NCBI GenBank assembly: GCA_029260905.1
Contig: JAJDCH010000002.1
Location: 79,546 to 143,545 of the forward strand
Direction of reading: 5' to 3'
Length of the DNA: 64,000 bases
Source of the DNA: Candidatus Levyibacteriota bacterium
GTDB taxonomy: Bacteria; Patescibacteriota; Microgenomatia; Levybacterales; UBA12049
Shown: piece by piece, positions 28,781 through 39,317 of the stretch
Position numbering within the stretch: position 1 is the stretch's first letter
How the letters are laid out: each line of letters opens with the position of its first letter
Translations under genes and position numbers: made by a program
Notes under the pieces: model-generated
Told to the model about the DNA's origin: nothing
Databases searched by the model: none
What the model saw: only the letters and a program-made list of their open reading frames with translations

Positions 28781-29221
28781 ATGAAAAAAACATTATTTAC
28801 AAAAAGTTATCAAGAAACACAGAAGCTAGGATTGGAGATTGCTAAAAAGGTAAAAGATGGTGGAATTATTGCTTTGTATGGAAATCTTGGATCAGGCAAA
28901 ACTACTTTTGTGCAAGGGCTTGCAAGGGGACTTGGCATCAAAGGAAAAATAATTTCACCAACATTTATCATTGTCAGAAAATATGAATTAGGAATAAAGA
29001 ACAAGGAATTAGGAGCAAAGAATTTTTATCACATTGATTTGTATAGAGTAGAAGATGAGAAAGATATTACTGGTTTGGGATTGGACGAGATTATAAGTGA
29101 TTTGGAAAATATTGTTGCCATAGAGTGGCCAGAAAAGATAGAAAAAATTCTATCTGATCAGAGAATAAATATGCATTTTGAATATATAGAAGGAGACAAA
29201 AGAAAAATTGAGATAGAATAA
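28781..29221 (+). CDS. tsaE: tRNA t6A37 biosynthesis ATPase TsaE
   Basis: LYGNLGSGKTTFVQGLARGLGI P-loop, 146 aa. Confidence 0.8.
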   Translation: MKKTLFTKSYQETQKLGLEIAKKVKDGGIIALYGNLGSGKTTFVQGLARGLGIKGKIISPTFIIVRKYELGIKNKELGAKNFYHIDLYRVEDEKDITGLGLDEIISDLENIVAIEWPEKIEKILSDQRINMHFEYIEGDKRKIEIE

Positions 29222-29225
29222 TACT

Positions 29226-29810
29226 ATGGATGAAAAGATTTTAAAAGCAATAGAGGTTTTTAATGACGGTGGAATTGTTATTTTTCCAACTGATACTGCA
29301 TATGGTATTGGTTGTAGGATCGATAGAGGAATTTCTGTTGAAAGGCTTTTTGAAATTCGTAGAAGACCTCATGACAAAGCCGTGCCTGTTCTTGTATCTG
29401 GTGTTGAGATGGCAAGAAAGTATTTGATTGATGTGCCAGCAGATGTTGAGGAGAAATTGATAAATAAATTTTGGCCAGGCGCGCTTACTATTGTTTTACC
29501 ATATTTAAAAGATAAGGCTCCAGCACTTGTTTGTGGATATGGTCAGAATCTGGGTGTGAGGATGCCTGCTAATGAGACGATCTTAAATGTAATTGAAAAA
29601 GTTGGTGTGCCGATACTTGGACCATCAGCAAATTTTGCAGGTGATAAAACCCCTTATACTTATAAAGACCTTGATCCTGAACTGATAAGGCTTGCTGATT
29701 TTGTACTGGAAGGGGATTGTGAGCTCAAAAAACAATCAACTGTTATTGATTGCAGTATGAGCCCTTGGCAGATATTAAGACAAGGAGGAGTGGTATGGAA
29801 GGAAAAATAG
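29226..29810 (+). CDS. tsaC: L-threonylcarbamoyladenylate synthase (YrdC/Sua5 family)
   Basis: VIFPTDTAYGIGC motif, 194 aa. Confidence 0.8.
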   Translation: MDEKILKAIEVFNDGGIVIFPTDTAYGIGCRIDRGISVERLFEIRRRPHDKAVPVLVSGVEMARKYLIDVPADVEEKLINKFWPGALTIVLPYLKDKAPALVCGYGQNLGVRMPANETILNVIEKVGVPILGPSANFAGDKTPYTYKDLDPELIRLADFVLEGDCELKKQSTVIDCSMSPWQILRQGGVVWKEK

Positions 29811-30358
29811 TAGTTGATACAAAAACTAAAAATGAAGAGAATTTAGTTGTTCGTTATCCAAAACGTAGTGATGTCAAGATAATGCAGGATTATATTAATA
29901 AACTTTCTGAGGAACAGACATTTGTGAGTTTTCAGGGAGAACAAATATCACTTGAAGCTGAGGAGGATTTTCTAAGATCAAATTTAAAAAGAATAAAAGA
30001 AAAAAATGATGTTCTCCTTCTGGCGTTTTTAAACAAAAGCCTGATTGGGATATCTGGTATTAACATGAAGGTTCGCGCAGAAAAGCATATTGGAGTCTTG
30101 GGAATTTCTATTGCTAAAGAACATAGAGGAGAAGGAATTGGCAAAGCGTTGATGCAAACGGTTTTATCTGAAGCAGAAAAAAATATTGCTGATTTAAAAA
30201 TAATAACACTTAGTGCGTTCATTGATAATGATGTTGCAATAAGAATGTATGAGCGGTTTGGATTTGTTGAATACGGTGTTTTGCCAAATGGTGTTTTTAG
30301 AAAAGGAAAATACTCGGATCATGTTTATATGTACAAGGTTATTAAGGGGTTAATATGA
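29795..30358 (+). CDS. GNAT acetyltransferase (RimI-like)
   Basis: GNAT motif HRGEGIGKALM. Start placed at the internal Met (MEGKIVV) to avoid a 60-nt overlap with tsaC. Confidence 0.6.
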   Translation: MEGKIVVDTKTKNEENLVVRYPKRSDVKIMQDYINKLSEEQTFVSFQGEQISLEAEEDFLRSNLKRIKEKNDVLLLAFLNKSLIGISGINMKVRAEKHIGVLGISIAKEHRGEGIGKALMQTVLSEAEKNIADLKIITLSAFIDNDVAIRMYERFGFVEYGVLPNGVFRKGKYSDHVYMYKVIKGLI

Positions 30359-30669
30359 AAACATTAATTATAGATACATCAAGCAATAAAGAAGTAATTG
30401 TTGGTTTGGATATTGATGGAGACAAGATGTTTGATAAGAGATTGCTTGATCATAGAAAAGCACAAGTCGTCTTGCCGATGATTGATGAGATTTTGAAAAA
30501 GAATAAGCTTGATTTAAAAGATCTAACAGGAATAGAAGTAAATACTGGTCCTGGGTCATTTACAGGGTTGAGAGTTGGTGTATCAATCGCAAACGCGTTT
30601 GGATTTGTGCTGAAGATCCCTATTAATGGAGAGAGTGTGAGTAAAACGGTTGAGCCTCGATACAAGTGA
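30355..30669 (+). CDS. tsaB: TsaB-like protein, short form (N-terminal domain only)
   Basis: 104 aa. MKTLIIDTSSNKEVIVGL matches the YeaZ/TsaB N-terminus. It is truncated relative to the ~230-aa canonical protein. Confidence 0.55.
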   Translation: MKTLIIDTSSNKEVIVGLDIDGDKMFDKRLLDHRKAQVVLPMIDEILKKNKLDLKDLTGIEVNTGPGSFTGLRVGVSIANAFGFVLKIPINGESVSKTVEPRYK

Positions 30670-31195
30670 ATACTTGACAGCAAAGATAAAAAAATTATAA
30701 TTCAGGGATGACAGAATTAGGAGGCTCAACTTCAACCATGTGGAATAGATCAGAATCGTGGCCTCTACTTTTACAAATTCCTAATTCATTCGAAGAATTG
30801 GAAAGTATGTCTGTTTATCTGGCTTCGTGTTCTGAGGCGCTTCGTAGACCAGAGGATGCCGCCATTTATCAGGTGAAAAATCCTCAAGAAAATCTAGCAG
30901 AATTGGAAGAAAAAATTGTAAAACAGGGAAGGGGTGGGATAGCAATTTTACCTGCTCTTCACCCATGGTCTCAGGTTCTTTTAAGACTACCTGATGTAGA
31001 ACATCATGTACTTTGGTCTCCGGGACGTGACGCGCTGCCAACAGGCGTGATAAGGCGTGAAGTAAATCTCACATTTCCAGACAGAAGATGGATTAATGTA
31101 ACCAGAACAAGAGGGACAATGTCTGTTCCCCAAAGATGGCATACGCATGTTTTTGTTGACACAAAAAACCCAAATTAGAAAATTTTATTTATTGT

Positions 31196-32122
31196 ATGTA
31201 TACTGGTTTAGTGAGAAGCTTTTTGTATCATCTTTTATTTCCCAGGGAGTCCAACAGCCACAGACCAAAAGTGCTTCATCATAGCATACTCTCCGTATTG
31301 GTAATTGTACTTCTTGGTTTATCTGTTATCCTTCCTCGACTTCAAAACGCGTTTCCATCAGTTCTTGGTATTTCAGTTAATGTCACAACCAAGGATCTGC
31401 TTGATGCTACAAATAGGAAAAGAGTTGAAAATGGACTTAATCCATTGAAGCTTGATAGTGAATTATCAAAAGCTGCATCAGATAAAGCTGCACATATGGT
31501 GACTCAAAATTATTGGGCGCATATAGCTCCAGATGGCACAACTCCTTGGTTTTTTATAAAAAATTCTGGCTATCAATATCTTTATGCCGGTGAGAATCTA
31601 GCAAGAGGTTTTAATGATGCTTCCGAGGTGGTTGATGCCTGGATGAATAGTCCAAGCCATAGGGAGAATTTATTATCTTCTAATTATACAGATATCGGAT
31701 TTGCAGAAACATCAGGTATTTTAACTGGAACAGAAACAGTGCTTGTTGTGCAGATGTTTGGCAGCAGATATCAGGAAGCAAGTAGTGTTGCAGGCGTTGG
31801 AGAGGTTGAAGTAGTTGTTGATGGTTCTGAGAGGGAAAAAGATGAAGTTGTGCCTATTCCATTGATAAATACAGAGCAAAAACAGGATTCTCAGCCAATT
31901 GTTGCCGCAGCAGTAAATAATCCATTGATTGACTCAAAATCAGGAATGAGGGATTTATCAATCTGGCTTATGGCATTTTTTATCTTTGTCTTGGCAGCTG
32001 ATGCTGTTATTATAGAAAGAAAGAAAATAGCAAGAATCGCATCGCACAACATAGATCATATTATTTTTCTGACCATCATTCTTCTTGCTGCTATAATTAT
32101 TGGAGGAGGTATGATTTTGTGA
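31196..32122 (+). CDS. CAP/SCP (YkwD-like) domain protein, membrane anchored
   Basis: N-terminal TM segment. The CAP core motifs are HMVTQNYWAHIAPDG and GENLARG...SPSHRENLL. C-terminal TM segment. Confidence 0.6.
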   Translation: MYTGLVRSFLYHLLFPRESNSHRPKVLHHSILSVLVIVLLGLSVILPRLQNAFPSVLGISVNVTTKDLLDATNRKRVENGLNPLKLDSELSKAASDKAAHMVTQNYWAHIAPDGTTPWFFIKNSGYQYLYAGENLARGFNDASEVVDAWMNSPSHRENLLSSNYTDIGFAETSGILTGTETVLVVQMFGSRYQEASSVAGVGEVEVVVDGSEREKDEVVPIPLINTEQKQDSQPIVAAAVNNPLIDSKSGMRDLSIWLMAFFIFVLAADAVIIERKKIARIASHNIDHIIFLTIILLAAIIIGGGMIL

Positions 32123-32382
32123 TGACAAAAAGAATAAAAAAACATTTTTGGTATTATATAGCACTTGGCGTTATTCAGCTTTTTGGACTTGGACTTATTA
32201 TACTTTTTTCAAATAGCAGACAAACACAACTTTTAATTATTTTGCTAATAACGACTATTTATACACTATTTGCACTTCTTCATCATCATTTACAGCATGA
32301 TTTAAATTCAAAGGTTGTGATAGAATATGTGTTGATGGGCGCGCTTGGTGTTTCATTTGCGTTTTTTGTTTTTAGTTCGTAA
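32119..32382 (+). CDS. small integral membrane protein
   Basis: 87 aa, 2-3 TM helices, overlaps neighbouring genes in operon fashion. Confidence 0.35.
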   Translation: MMTKRIKKHFWYYIALGVIQLFGLGLIILFSNSRQTQLLIILLITTIYTLFALLHHHLQHDLNSKVVIEYVLMGALGVSFAFFVFSS

Positions 32383-32386
32383 ATAT

Positions 32387-33127
32387 ATGAAAGGAGTAAT
32401 ATTAGCAGGGGGGTTGGCAACAAGATTGAGGCCTCTGACACTTGTTACAAATAAACATTTACTACCAATTTATAATAAGCCGATGATTTATTATCCGCTT
32501 GAAGCGATGGTAAAGGCTGGTATAAAAGAAGTGCTTGTAACCTCTTCCCCTGACCACGCAGGAGATTTTGCAAACTTGTTAGGTTCAGGAGAGCAATTTG
32601 ATCTCAAGCTTTACTATGCTGTTCAAGAAAATCCCAAAGGAGGTATATCTGATGCGATAATGCTGGCAGAGGAATTTGCTCAAGATGAGAAGGTATTGGT
32701 ACTTTTAGGTGATAATATTTTTGGATTCGATCTCAGGGAATCGGTTGAAGAATTTGAGAAATCAGAAGGAGGTGCTATGACATTTGGAATAGAGATGCCG
32801 ACAGAGTCCAAGCAGTATGGGGTGATAGAAAGAGATGGCAAGGGAAAAGTCCTCTCAATTGAGGAGAAGCCAGAAAATCCCAAATCAAATATTGCACAAA
32901 CAGGAATCTATATGTATGATAATCAGGTTTTTGAATTAATAAAAAACCTGACTCCCTCACAAAGAGGCGAGCTGGAGGTAACAGACCTAAATAATCTATA
33001 TGTGGCTGAAGGCAACATGCGCTGTAGTATGATTGATTGGTGGATTGATGCAGGCACCTCATACGACGAGCTTCTTCGAGCAAATGAAATGGTTGCCGAG
33101 AAAGTTCGTTCTGGAGAATTAGAATAA
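32387..33127 (+). CDS. sugar-1-phosphate nucleotidyltransferase (RmlA-like, short form)
   Basis: MKGVILAGGLATRLRPLTLVTNKHLLPIY. Start moved to the Met preceded by aaaggag-like context. Confidence 0.7.
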   Translation: MKGVILAGGLATRLRPLTLVTNKHLLPIYNKPMIYYPLEAMVKAGIKEVLVTSSPDHAGDFANLLGSGEQFDLKLYYAVQENPKGGISDAIMLAEEFAQDEKVLVLLGDNIFGFDLRESVEEFEKSEGGAMTFGIEMPTESKQYGVIERDGKGKVLSIEEKPENPKSNIAQTGIYMYDNQVFELIKNLTPSQRGELEVTDLNNLYVAEGNMRCSMIDWWIDAGTSYDELLRANEMVAEKVRSGELE

Positions 33128-33621
33128 TGATTAATTGTCGATTTGAAAATGGAAATAAGGCTTCATTAAGACATGTTACTGTAAACGCCATTGTCATAAA
33201 TGAAAAAAAAGAAATTCTATTGATCAAACGAGCACTACAATTGCTAAGAGGGGGAAAGTACGCTTTGCCAGGGGGATTTCTTGATAGAGATGAAACTACC
33301 AAGGAGGCCGCAGTTCGAGAGCTTATGGAAGAAACAGGCATAGAGGGTGAGGTGGACTTTTTGTTTAAAATAGAAGATAGTCCTGAGAGGTTGAATGAAG
33401 AAGGTCGAGGTGGAAGGCAAAATGTAGATATGATTTATGTTATAAAAAAAACAGGTGGAGAATTTAAGGATAACGATGAAGTCTCAGAGATAAAGTGGTT
33501 CTCTTTTGAAGATCTTCCGAAAGAAAAAGATTTTGCTTTTGATCACCGCGATGTAATCATGAAATACTTCCAGTATTTAGAAAATCCTTTTCCACCACCA
33601 ATTATAGGAGGGTCATCATGA
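33127..33621 (+). CDS. NUDIX hydrolase
   Basis: Nudix box GGFLDRDETTKEAAVRELMEETGIEG. Confidence 0.7.
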   Translation: MINCRFENGNKASLRHVTVNAIVINEKKEILLIKRALQLLRGGKYALPGGFLDRDETTKEAAVRELMEETGIEGEVDFLFKIEDSPERLNEEGRGGRQNVDMIYVIKKTGGEFKDNDEVSEIKWFSFEDLPKEKDFAFDHRDVIMKYFQYLENPFPPPIIGGSS

Positions 33622-34628
33622 AGCTGCTCGTTACAGGGGGAGCGGGTTTTATCGGTTCCAATTTTATTCTTTATTGGATGAAGGAGCATCCTCAGGATGT
33701 GATCGTTAATTTTGACAAACTTACATATGCTGGAAATCTAGAGAATCTCAAAGAAGTTGAAAAAAATCCTAAATACAGTTTTGTGCAGGGTGACATATGT
33801 GATCCAGTATCGGTAGATAAGGCAATGAAAGAGGTGGACGTGGTTGTTCATTTTGCGGCAGAAACTCATGTGGATAGATCAATTACTGGTCCTGCAGTAT
33901 TTGTGATGACAAATGTGGTGGGAACGCAGGTGCTTCTGGATGCAGCAGTCAAAAATGCTGTAAAGCGGTTTCATCACGTATCTACTGATGAAGTTTTTGG
34001 TTCACTTGAGTTAACAGATACGAGTAAATTTAGTGAACGAACAAATTATAGCCCCAGAAGTCCTTATTCAGCAAGCAAGGCTGGTTCAGATCACCTGGTT
34101 AGATCATATTTTACAACATATGGTTTGCCAATAACTATTACAAATTGTTCAAATAACTTTGGACCATATATGTTTCCTGAAAAATTGATTGCTCTTGCAA
34201 TAACCAACGTTTTGGAAGATAAAAAAATCCCAATTTATGGTGACGGATTATATGTCAGAGATTGGTTATATGTTGAAGATCATGCGCGGGCGATTGATGC
34301 TGTTTTGCAAAAAGGAAAAGTGGGAGAAACTTACTTAGTTGGTGGTATGACTGATCTTATTCCAAATGTTGAGATTGCTAAGAAAATCCTCAAGATTTTA
34401 GGAAAAGATGAAAGTAATATTGAATTTGTTAAAGACCGTCCGGGGCACGACAGGAAGTATGATGTTGACTGGTCGAAAATCAAAAGGGAATTGGGCTGGG
34501 AGCCAGAGCATGGTTTTGACGAATATCTTGAAAAAACAGTTGAGTGGTATAAGACTCATGAACAGTGGTGGAAGAGAGTAAAATCAGGCGAGTACGAAGA
34601 CTACTATAAAAAACAATACGAATCTTAA
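33618..34628 (+). CDS. rfbB: dTDP-glucose 4,6-dehydratase
   Basis: VTGGAGFIGSNF, YSASKAGSD, 336 aa. Confidence 0.85.
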   Translation: MKLLVTGGAGFIGSNFILYWMKEHPQDVIVNFDKLTYAGNLENLKEVEKNPKYSFVQGDICDPVSVDKAMKEVDVVVHFAAETHVDRSITGPAVFVMTNVVGTQVLLDAAVKNAVKRFHHVSTDEVFGSLELTDTSKFSERTNYSPRSPYSASKAGSDHLVRSYFTTYGLPITITNCSNNFGPYMFPEKLIALAITNVLEDKKIPIYGDGLYVRDWLYVEDHARAIDAVLQKGKVGETYLVGGMTDLIPNVEIAKKILKILGKDESNIEFVKDRPGHDRKYDVDWSKIKRELGWEPEHGFDEYLEKTVEWYKTHEQWWKRVKSGEYEDYYKKQYES

Positions 34629-34634
34629 AACCTC

Positions 34635-35171
34635 ATGCCAAATTTTAAAATTATCTCAAAAGAAAATGTTTTTAAATCAAAATATTTTCGTATAGACAAA
34701 ACAGTTATTGAAAGAGATGGTAAAAAATTTACTAAAGATATAATGTCAAGAAAGTCGATAGTTATTGTTTTGCCGATATCAAATAGTAATGAAATTTATC
34801 TCGTGTCACAATTTAGGGATTCTCTTCAAAAAACACTTCTTGAAACAGTTGCAGGACATGTTGAAGATGGTTTGTCAGTTCTTGAGAATGCCAAGAAAGA
34901 GTTGAGGGAAGAGGCTGGGCTTGTAGCAAGAAACTGGAAGCAAATTGGTGAGTTTTACGTATCTGCAAGCATGAGTGGAAGTGTGACAGTTTTTGTCGCG
35001 ACAGATTTAACAGAAAGAATGCCTGAGCCTGAGGAAGATGAAGACATAGAGGTAGTAAAGATTCCATTTGAAGATGCTCTTTTAAAAATTGAGAGTGGGG
35101 AAATAAGCGTCTCTTCAAATATTGCAGCAATTTTGCTTTTTGATAAATTAAGGAAAGAGGGAAAGATATGA
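34635..35171 (+). CDS. NUDIX hydrolase (ADP-sugar pyrophosphatase-like)
   Basis: Nudix box GHVEDGLSVLENAKKELREEAGL. Confidence 0.7.
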   Translation: MPNFKIISKENVFKSKYFRIDKTVIERDGKKFTKDIMSRKSIVIVLPISNSNEIYLVSQFRDSLQKTLLETVAGHVEDGLSVLENAKKELREEAGLVARNWKQIGEFYVSASMSGSVTVFVATDLTERMPEPEEDEDIEVVKIPFEDALLKIESGEISVSSNIAAILLFDKLRKEGKI

Positions 35172-36031
35172 GGATTTTTACACTAGGTGGAACAGGTATG
35201 CTTGGTTCAAGGGTAGTTGAACTTCTTCAGGATAAGTATAAGTTTGACGACCTAAGCAGAAGCAATGGAGTTGATATCACAAATCCTTTGAGTTTGGGAG
35301 TCATAAGAAATGATAAAGAGCATGAAGTAGTTATCTTATTCTCTGCAAAAGCTGATGTTGATCTGTGTGAAGCAGATAAAGATTTTGGAGAAGAAGGTGA
35401 AGCATACAAGGTAAATGTAATTGGCGCGAAAAATGTAGCAGATGTTTGTAGAAATTCAGCTAAAAAACTTATTTTTATCTCAACTGATTTTGTTTTTGAT
35501 GGAGATAATCCACCTGGTGGAGGATACAAGGAAGAAGATAGTCCGAACCCAATTAATTGGTATGCGGAGACAAAATATAGAGGTGAAAAAGAGGTTAAAA
35601 ATTCTGGAGCAAAATATTTGATTTTAAGACCGTCTTATCCATATCGAAAAGAATTTGAGAAAAAGAATGATTTTATGAGGGCAATAAGAGATCGTTTAAA
35701 AGATGGAAAGCCTATTGCAGCAGTTACTGATCAGATAATCTGCCCGACCTTTATTGATGATATTGCTACCTGTATCCATGTATTGATACATCACAACAAA
35801 GAGGGGATATATCACATAACTGGAAGTCAAAATCTTAGTCCATATGATGCAAGTAATTTGATTGCTGAAAAGTTTGGTTTGGATAAAGATTTGATAAGTA
35901 AAACAACTGCTACTGAGTATTTTATGGGAAAAGCTAGAAGGCCTTTGAATGCCGTGATGAATAATGATAAAATAAAAAATCTAGGAGTTAAAATGAGAAG
36001 TTTCGAAGAAGGATTGGATGAGACTAGATGA
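35168..36031 (+). CDS. dTDP-4-dehydrorhamnose reductase-like (RmlD family)
   Basis: 287 aa. LGGTGMLGSRV N-terminus and SDR-type fold. Co-located with rmlA/rmlB. Confidence 0.55.
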   Translation: MRIFTLGGTGMLGSRVVELLQDKYKFDDLSRSNGVDITNPLSLGVIRNDKEHEVVILFSAKADVDLCEADKDFGEEGEAYKVNVIGAKNVADVCRNSAKKLIFISTDFVFDGDNPPGGGYKEEDSPNPINWYAETKYRGEKEVKNSGAKYLILRPSYPYRKEFEKKNDFMRAIRDRLKDGKPIAAVTDQIICPTFIDDIATCIHVLIHHNKEGIYHITGSQNLSPYDASNLIAEKFGLDKDLISKTTATEYFMGKARRPLNAVMNNDKIKNLGVKMRSFEEGLDETR

Positions 36032-36048
36032 TTTGTTGATTTAAAACT

Positions 36049-37335
36049 ATGACAATAACATTTATCGGACATGGTTATGTTGGGCTTGTTACAGCTTGTG
36101 TTTTTGCTGATTTTGGTAATGATGTTTGGGTGGTGGGGCGTACTCCTGAAAAAATTGAAAAATTAAAAAAGGGCGACCCGCTTTTTTATGAACCAGAACT
36201 TGAGGAGCTTCTAAAGAAAAATATCAAAGCGGATAGAATTCATTTCACGCTTGATTACAAAGAGTCGGTTGGTGTATCTGATGCAGTATTTATAGCAGTT
36301 GGTACGCCTCCACAGACAACAGGGGAGGCTGATTTGTCTGCTGTTTTTGCAGTTGCTGAAGAGATTGGCAAGAATCTCAAGAAGGGTTTTACGGTTGTAT
36401 CTTGCAAAAGTACAGTTACAATTGGCACAAATAAAAAAATAGAAGAAGTTGTAAATAAGGTAAAACCAGTTGGCGCAGATTTTGCAATGGCATCATGTCC
36501 AGAGTTTCTAAGTCAGGGAACAGCAGTTGAAAATACATTTCATCCAGATCGCGTGGTGATAGGATCTGACTCAGAAAAGGCAATTGAGATAATGACCAAG
36601 CTTCATGAGCCTTTTAATACAAAAAATATAATAACTGATCTTGCCTCAGCTGAGCTTATCAAATATTCTGCGAATTCTTTTTTGGCAACCAAGATATCAT
36701 TTTCAAATTTAATTGCTGAGTATAGCGAGAAGACTGGTGCAAATGTTGAGATGGTTCTAGATGCCGTGGGGCTTGATAAAAGAATAGGTCGTGTGTTTAT
36801 GAATCCAGGAGTTGGCTATGGAGGATCATGTTTTCCAAAAGACGTGAAGGCTCTTGTAGCAATCGGAAAATCGCTTGGTATTGATACTGCTCTTTTGGAA
36901 GGGGTTGAGAAGGTTAATCAGGACATGAGGGAGATGGTGATTGAAAAAATTATCAGAAATGCAAAAAGCAAAAAGATTGCTATATTAGGTCTGAGTTTTA
37001 AGCCCAAAACAGATGACATAAGAGAAGCTCCAAGCGTTTATATAATAAAAGACCTTCTCGAAAAAGGCTTTGAGATCAATGTTTATGATCCTGAAGCAAT
37101 GAAAAAGATAGAGGGTGTTTTTGGAGATAAGATAACTTTTTTTGATAACCCATACGATGCGCTAAGCGGTGTTTCTCTTTTTGCGGTTTTGACAGAGTGG
37201 AATGAGTTCAAGAAGCTTGATTTTAAAAAGGCAAAAGACCTAATGGCTGGAAACGTAATAATTGATGGAAGAAATATTTATGGAAGAGAAGGTGCTGAGA
37301 GAATAGGGTTTAAATATTTTGGTGTGGGTAAATGA
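36049..37335 (+). CDS. ugd: UDP-glucose 6-dehydrogenase
   Basis: ITFIGHGYVGLVTACVFA and GGSCFPKDV catalytic Cys region. 428 aa. Confidence 0.85.
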   Translation: MTITFIGHGYVGLVTACVFADFGNDVWVVGRTPEKIEKLKKGDPLFYEPELEELLKKNIKADRIHFTLDYKESVGVSDAVFIAVGTPPQTTGEADLSAVFAVAEEIGKNLKKGFTVVSCKSTVTIGTNKKIEEVVNKVKPVGADFAMASCPEFLSQGTAVENTFHPDRVVIGSDSEKAIEIMTKLHEPFNTKNIITDLASAELIKYSANSFLATKISFSNLIAEYSEKTGANVEMVLDAVGLDKRIGRVFMNPGVGYGGSCFPKDVKALVAIGKSLGIDTALLEGVEKVNQDMREMVIEKIIRNAKSKKIAILGLSFKPKTDDIREAPSVYIIKDLLEKGFEINVYDPEAMKKIEGVFGDKITFFDNPYDALSGVSLFAVLTEWNEFKKLDFKKAKDLMAGNVIIDGRNIYGREGAERIGFKYFGVGK

Positions 37336-38279
37336 AGAAAGTATTAATTACAGGCGCCACGGGTTTTGCTGGCATGCACTTGATAGATCATCTATCAAAA
37401 GATAGTGAGATTGAGATTTTTGGCACCTCATTGACAACTTCAGGAAAAAATGAAAAAGGCACTGCAACAATTGAAAAAATTGACCTTACTGATTATCAGC
37501 AAGTTTTGGAATTGATTGAAAAAATAAAACCTGATCAGATTTACCACTTAGCCGCATTGACAGCTCCAGGGAAGAGTTTTGACAAATCAACGGAGGTGGT
37601 GCTTGCCAATATAGAAGTGGAGATGAATCTTTTAAATGCATTAAAAGAGAAAGAATTGAAAAGTGTCCGTGTGTTAATTGTTTCATCGGCTGAGGTTTAT
37701 GGTCTTGTAGAAAAAGAAGATCTTCCAGTTGATGAACAAACAAAACTGAATCCAGCAAATCCTTATGCTGTTTCAAAAATAGCACAAGATTTTTTAGGGT
37801 TACAATATTTTTTTTCTGAAAAAATGGACATCGTTAGGGTTCGGCCCTTCAATCATACAGGTCCAGGACAAAATGATTCATTTGTAATTCCTTCATTTGC
37901 TCATCAAATTGCTGAGATTGAAAAAGGAGAAAAAGAGCCTGTTTTAAGGGTTGGTAATCTTGATGCGAAAAGAGACATTAGTGATGTTCGTGATATTGTT
38001 AGGGGTTATGTATTGCTAATGGAGAAAGGAAAGGGCGGAGAGGTTTATAATATAGGGTCAGGAAAATCTTTCAAGATTGGAGAGCTTTTGGATATACTGC
38101 TTGCTTTGTCTGATAAGAAAATTGCTGTTGAAAAGGATCAGTCAAAAATACGTCCGATTGATGTTGTGGATACATATTCTGATAATTCAAAGATTAAAAA
38201 GTTAACAGGATGGAATCCTGAAATTCCAATTGAAAAAACTTTGAAAGAAACTCTGGACTACTGGAGAGCGTTATTGTAG
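37332..38279 (+). CDS. NAD-dependent epimerase/dehydratase, GDP-4-keto-6-deoxy-D-mannose reductase-like
   Basis: LITGATGFAGMHL and YAVSK. Sits directly upstream of gmd. Confidence 0.5.
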   Translation: MKKVLITGATGFAGMHLIDHLSKDSEIEIFGTSLTTSGKNEKGTATIEKIDLTDYQQVLELIEKIKPDQIYHLAALTAPGKSFDKSTEVVLANIEVEMNLLNALKEKELKSVRVLIVSSAEVYGLVEKEDLPVDEQTKLNPANPYAVSKIAQDFLGLQYFFSEKMDIVRVRPFNHTGPGQNDSFVIPSFAHQIAEIEKGEKEPVLRVGNLDAKRDISDVRDIVRGYVLLMEKGKGGEVYNIGSGKSFKIGELLDILLALSDKKIAVEKDQSKIRPIDVVDTYSDNSKIKKLTGWNPEIPIEKTLKETLDYWRALL

Positions 38280-38297
38280 AATTGTGATACTCGCTAA

Positions 38298-39272
<975 letters not shown>

Positions 39273-39317
39273 ATATCTGCTATTTCAAAACCCCCTTAAT
39301 TTTAGTAGAATTAGACC

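Noticed and set aside
30708-31178. 156-aa ORF (and antisense 86-aa ORF) as protein-coding genes
   Set aside because: The composition is unlike the rest of the proteome (W/R/P-rich). Overlapping open frames on both strands are typical of a GC-elevated non-coding segment. The region is kept only as a candidate ncRNA or foreign region in the findings.
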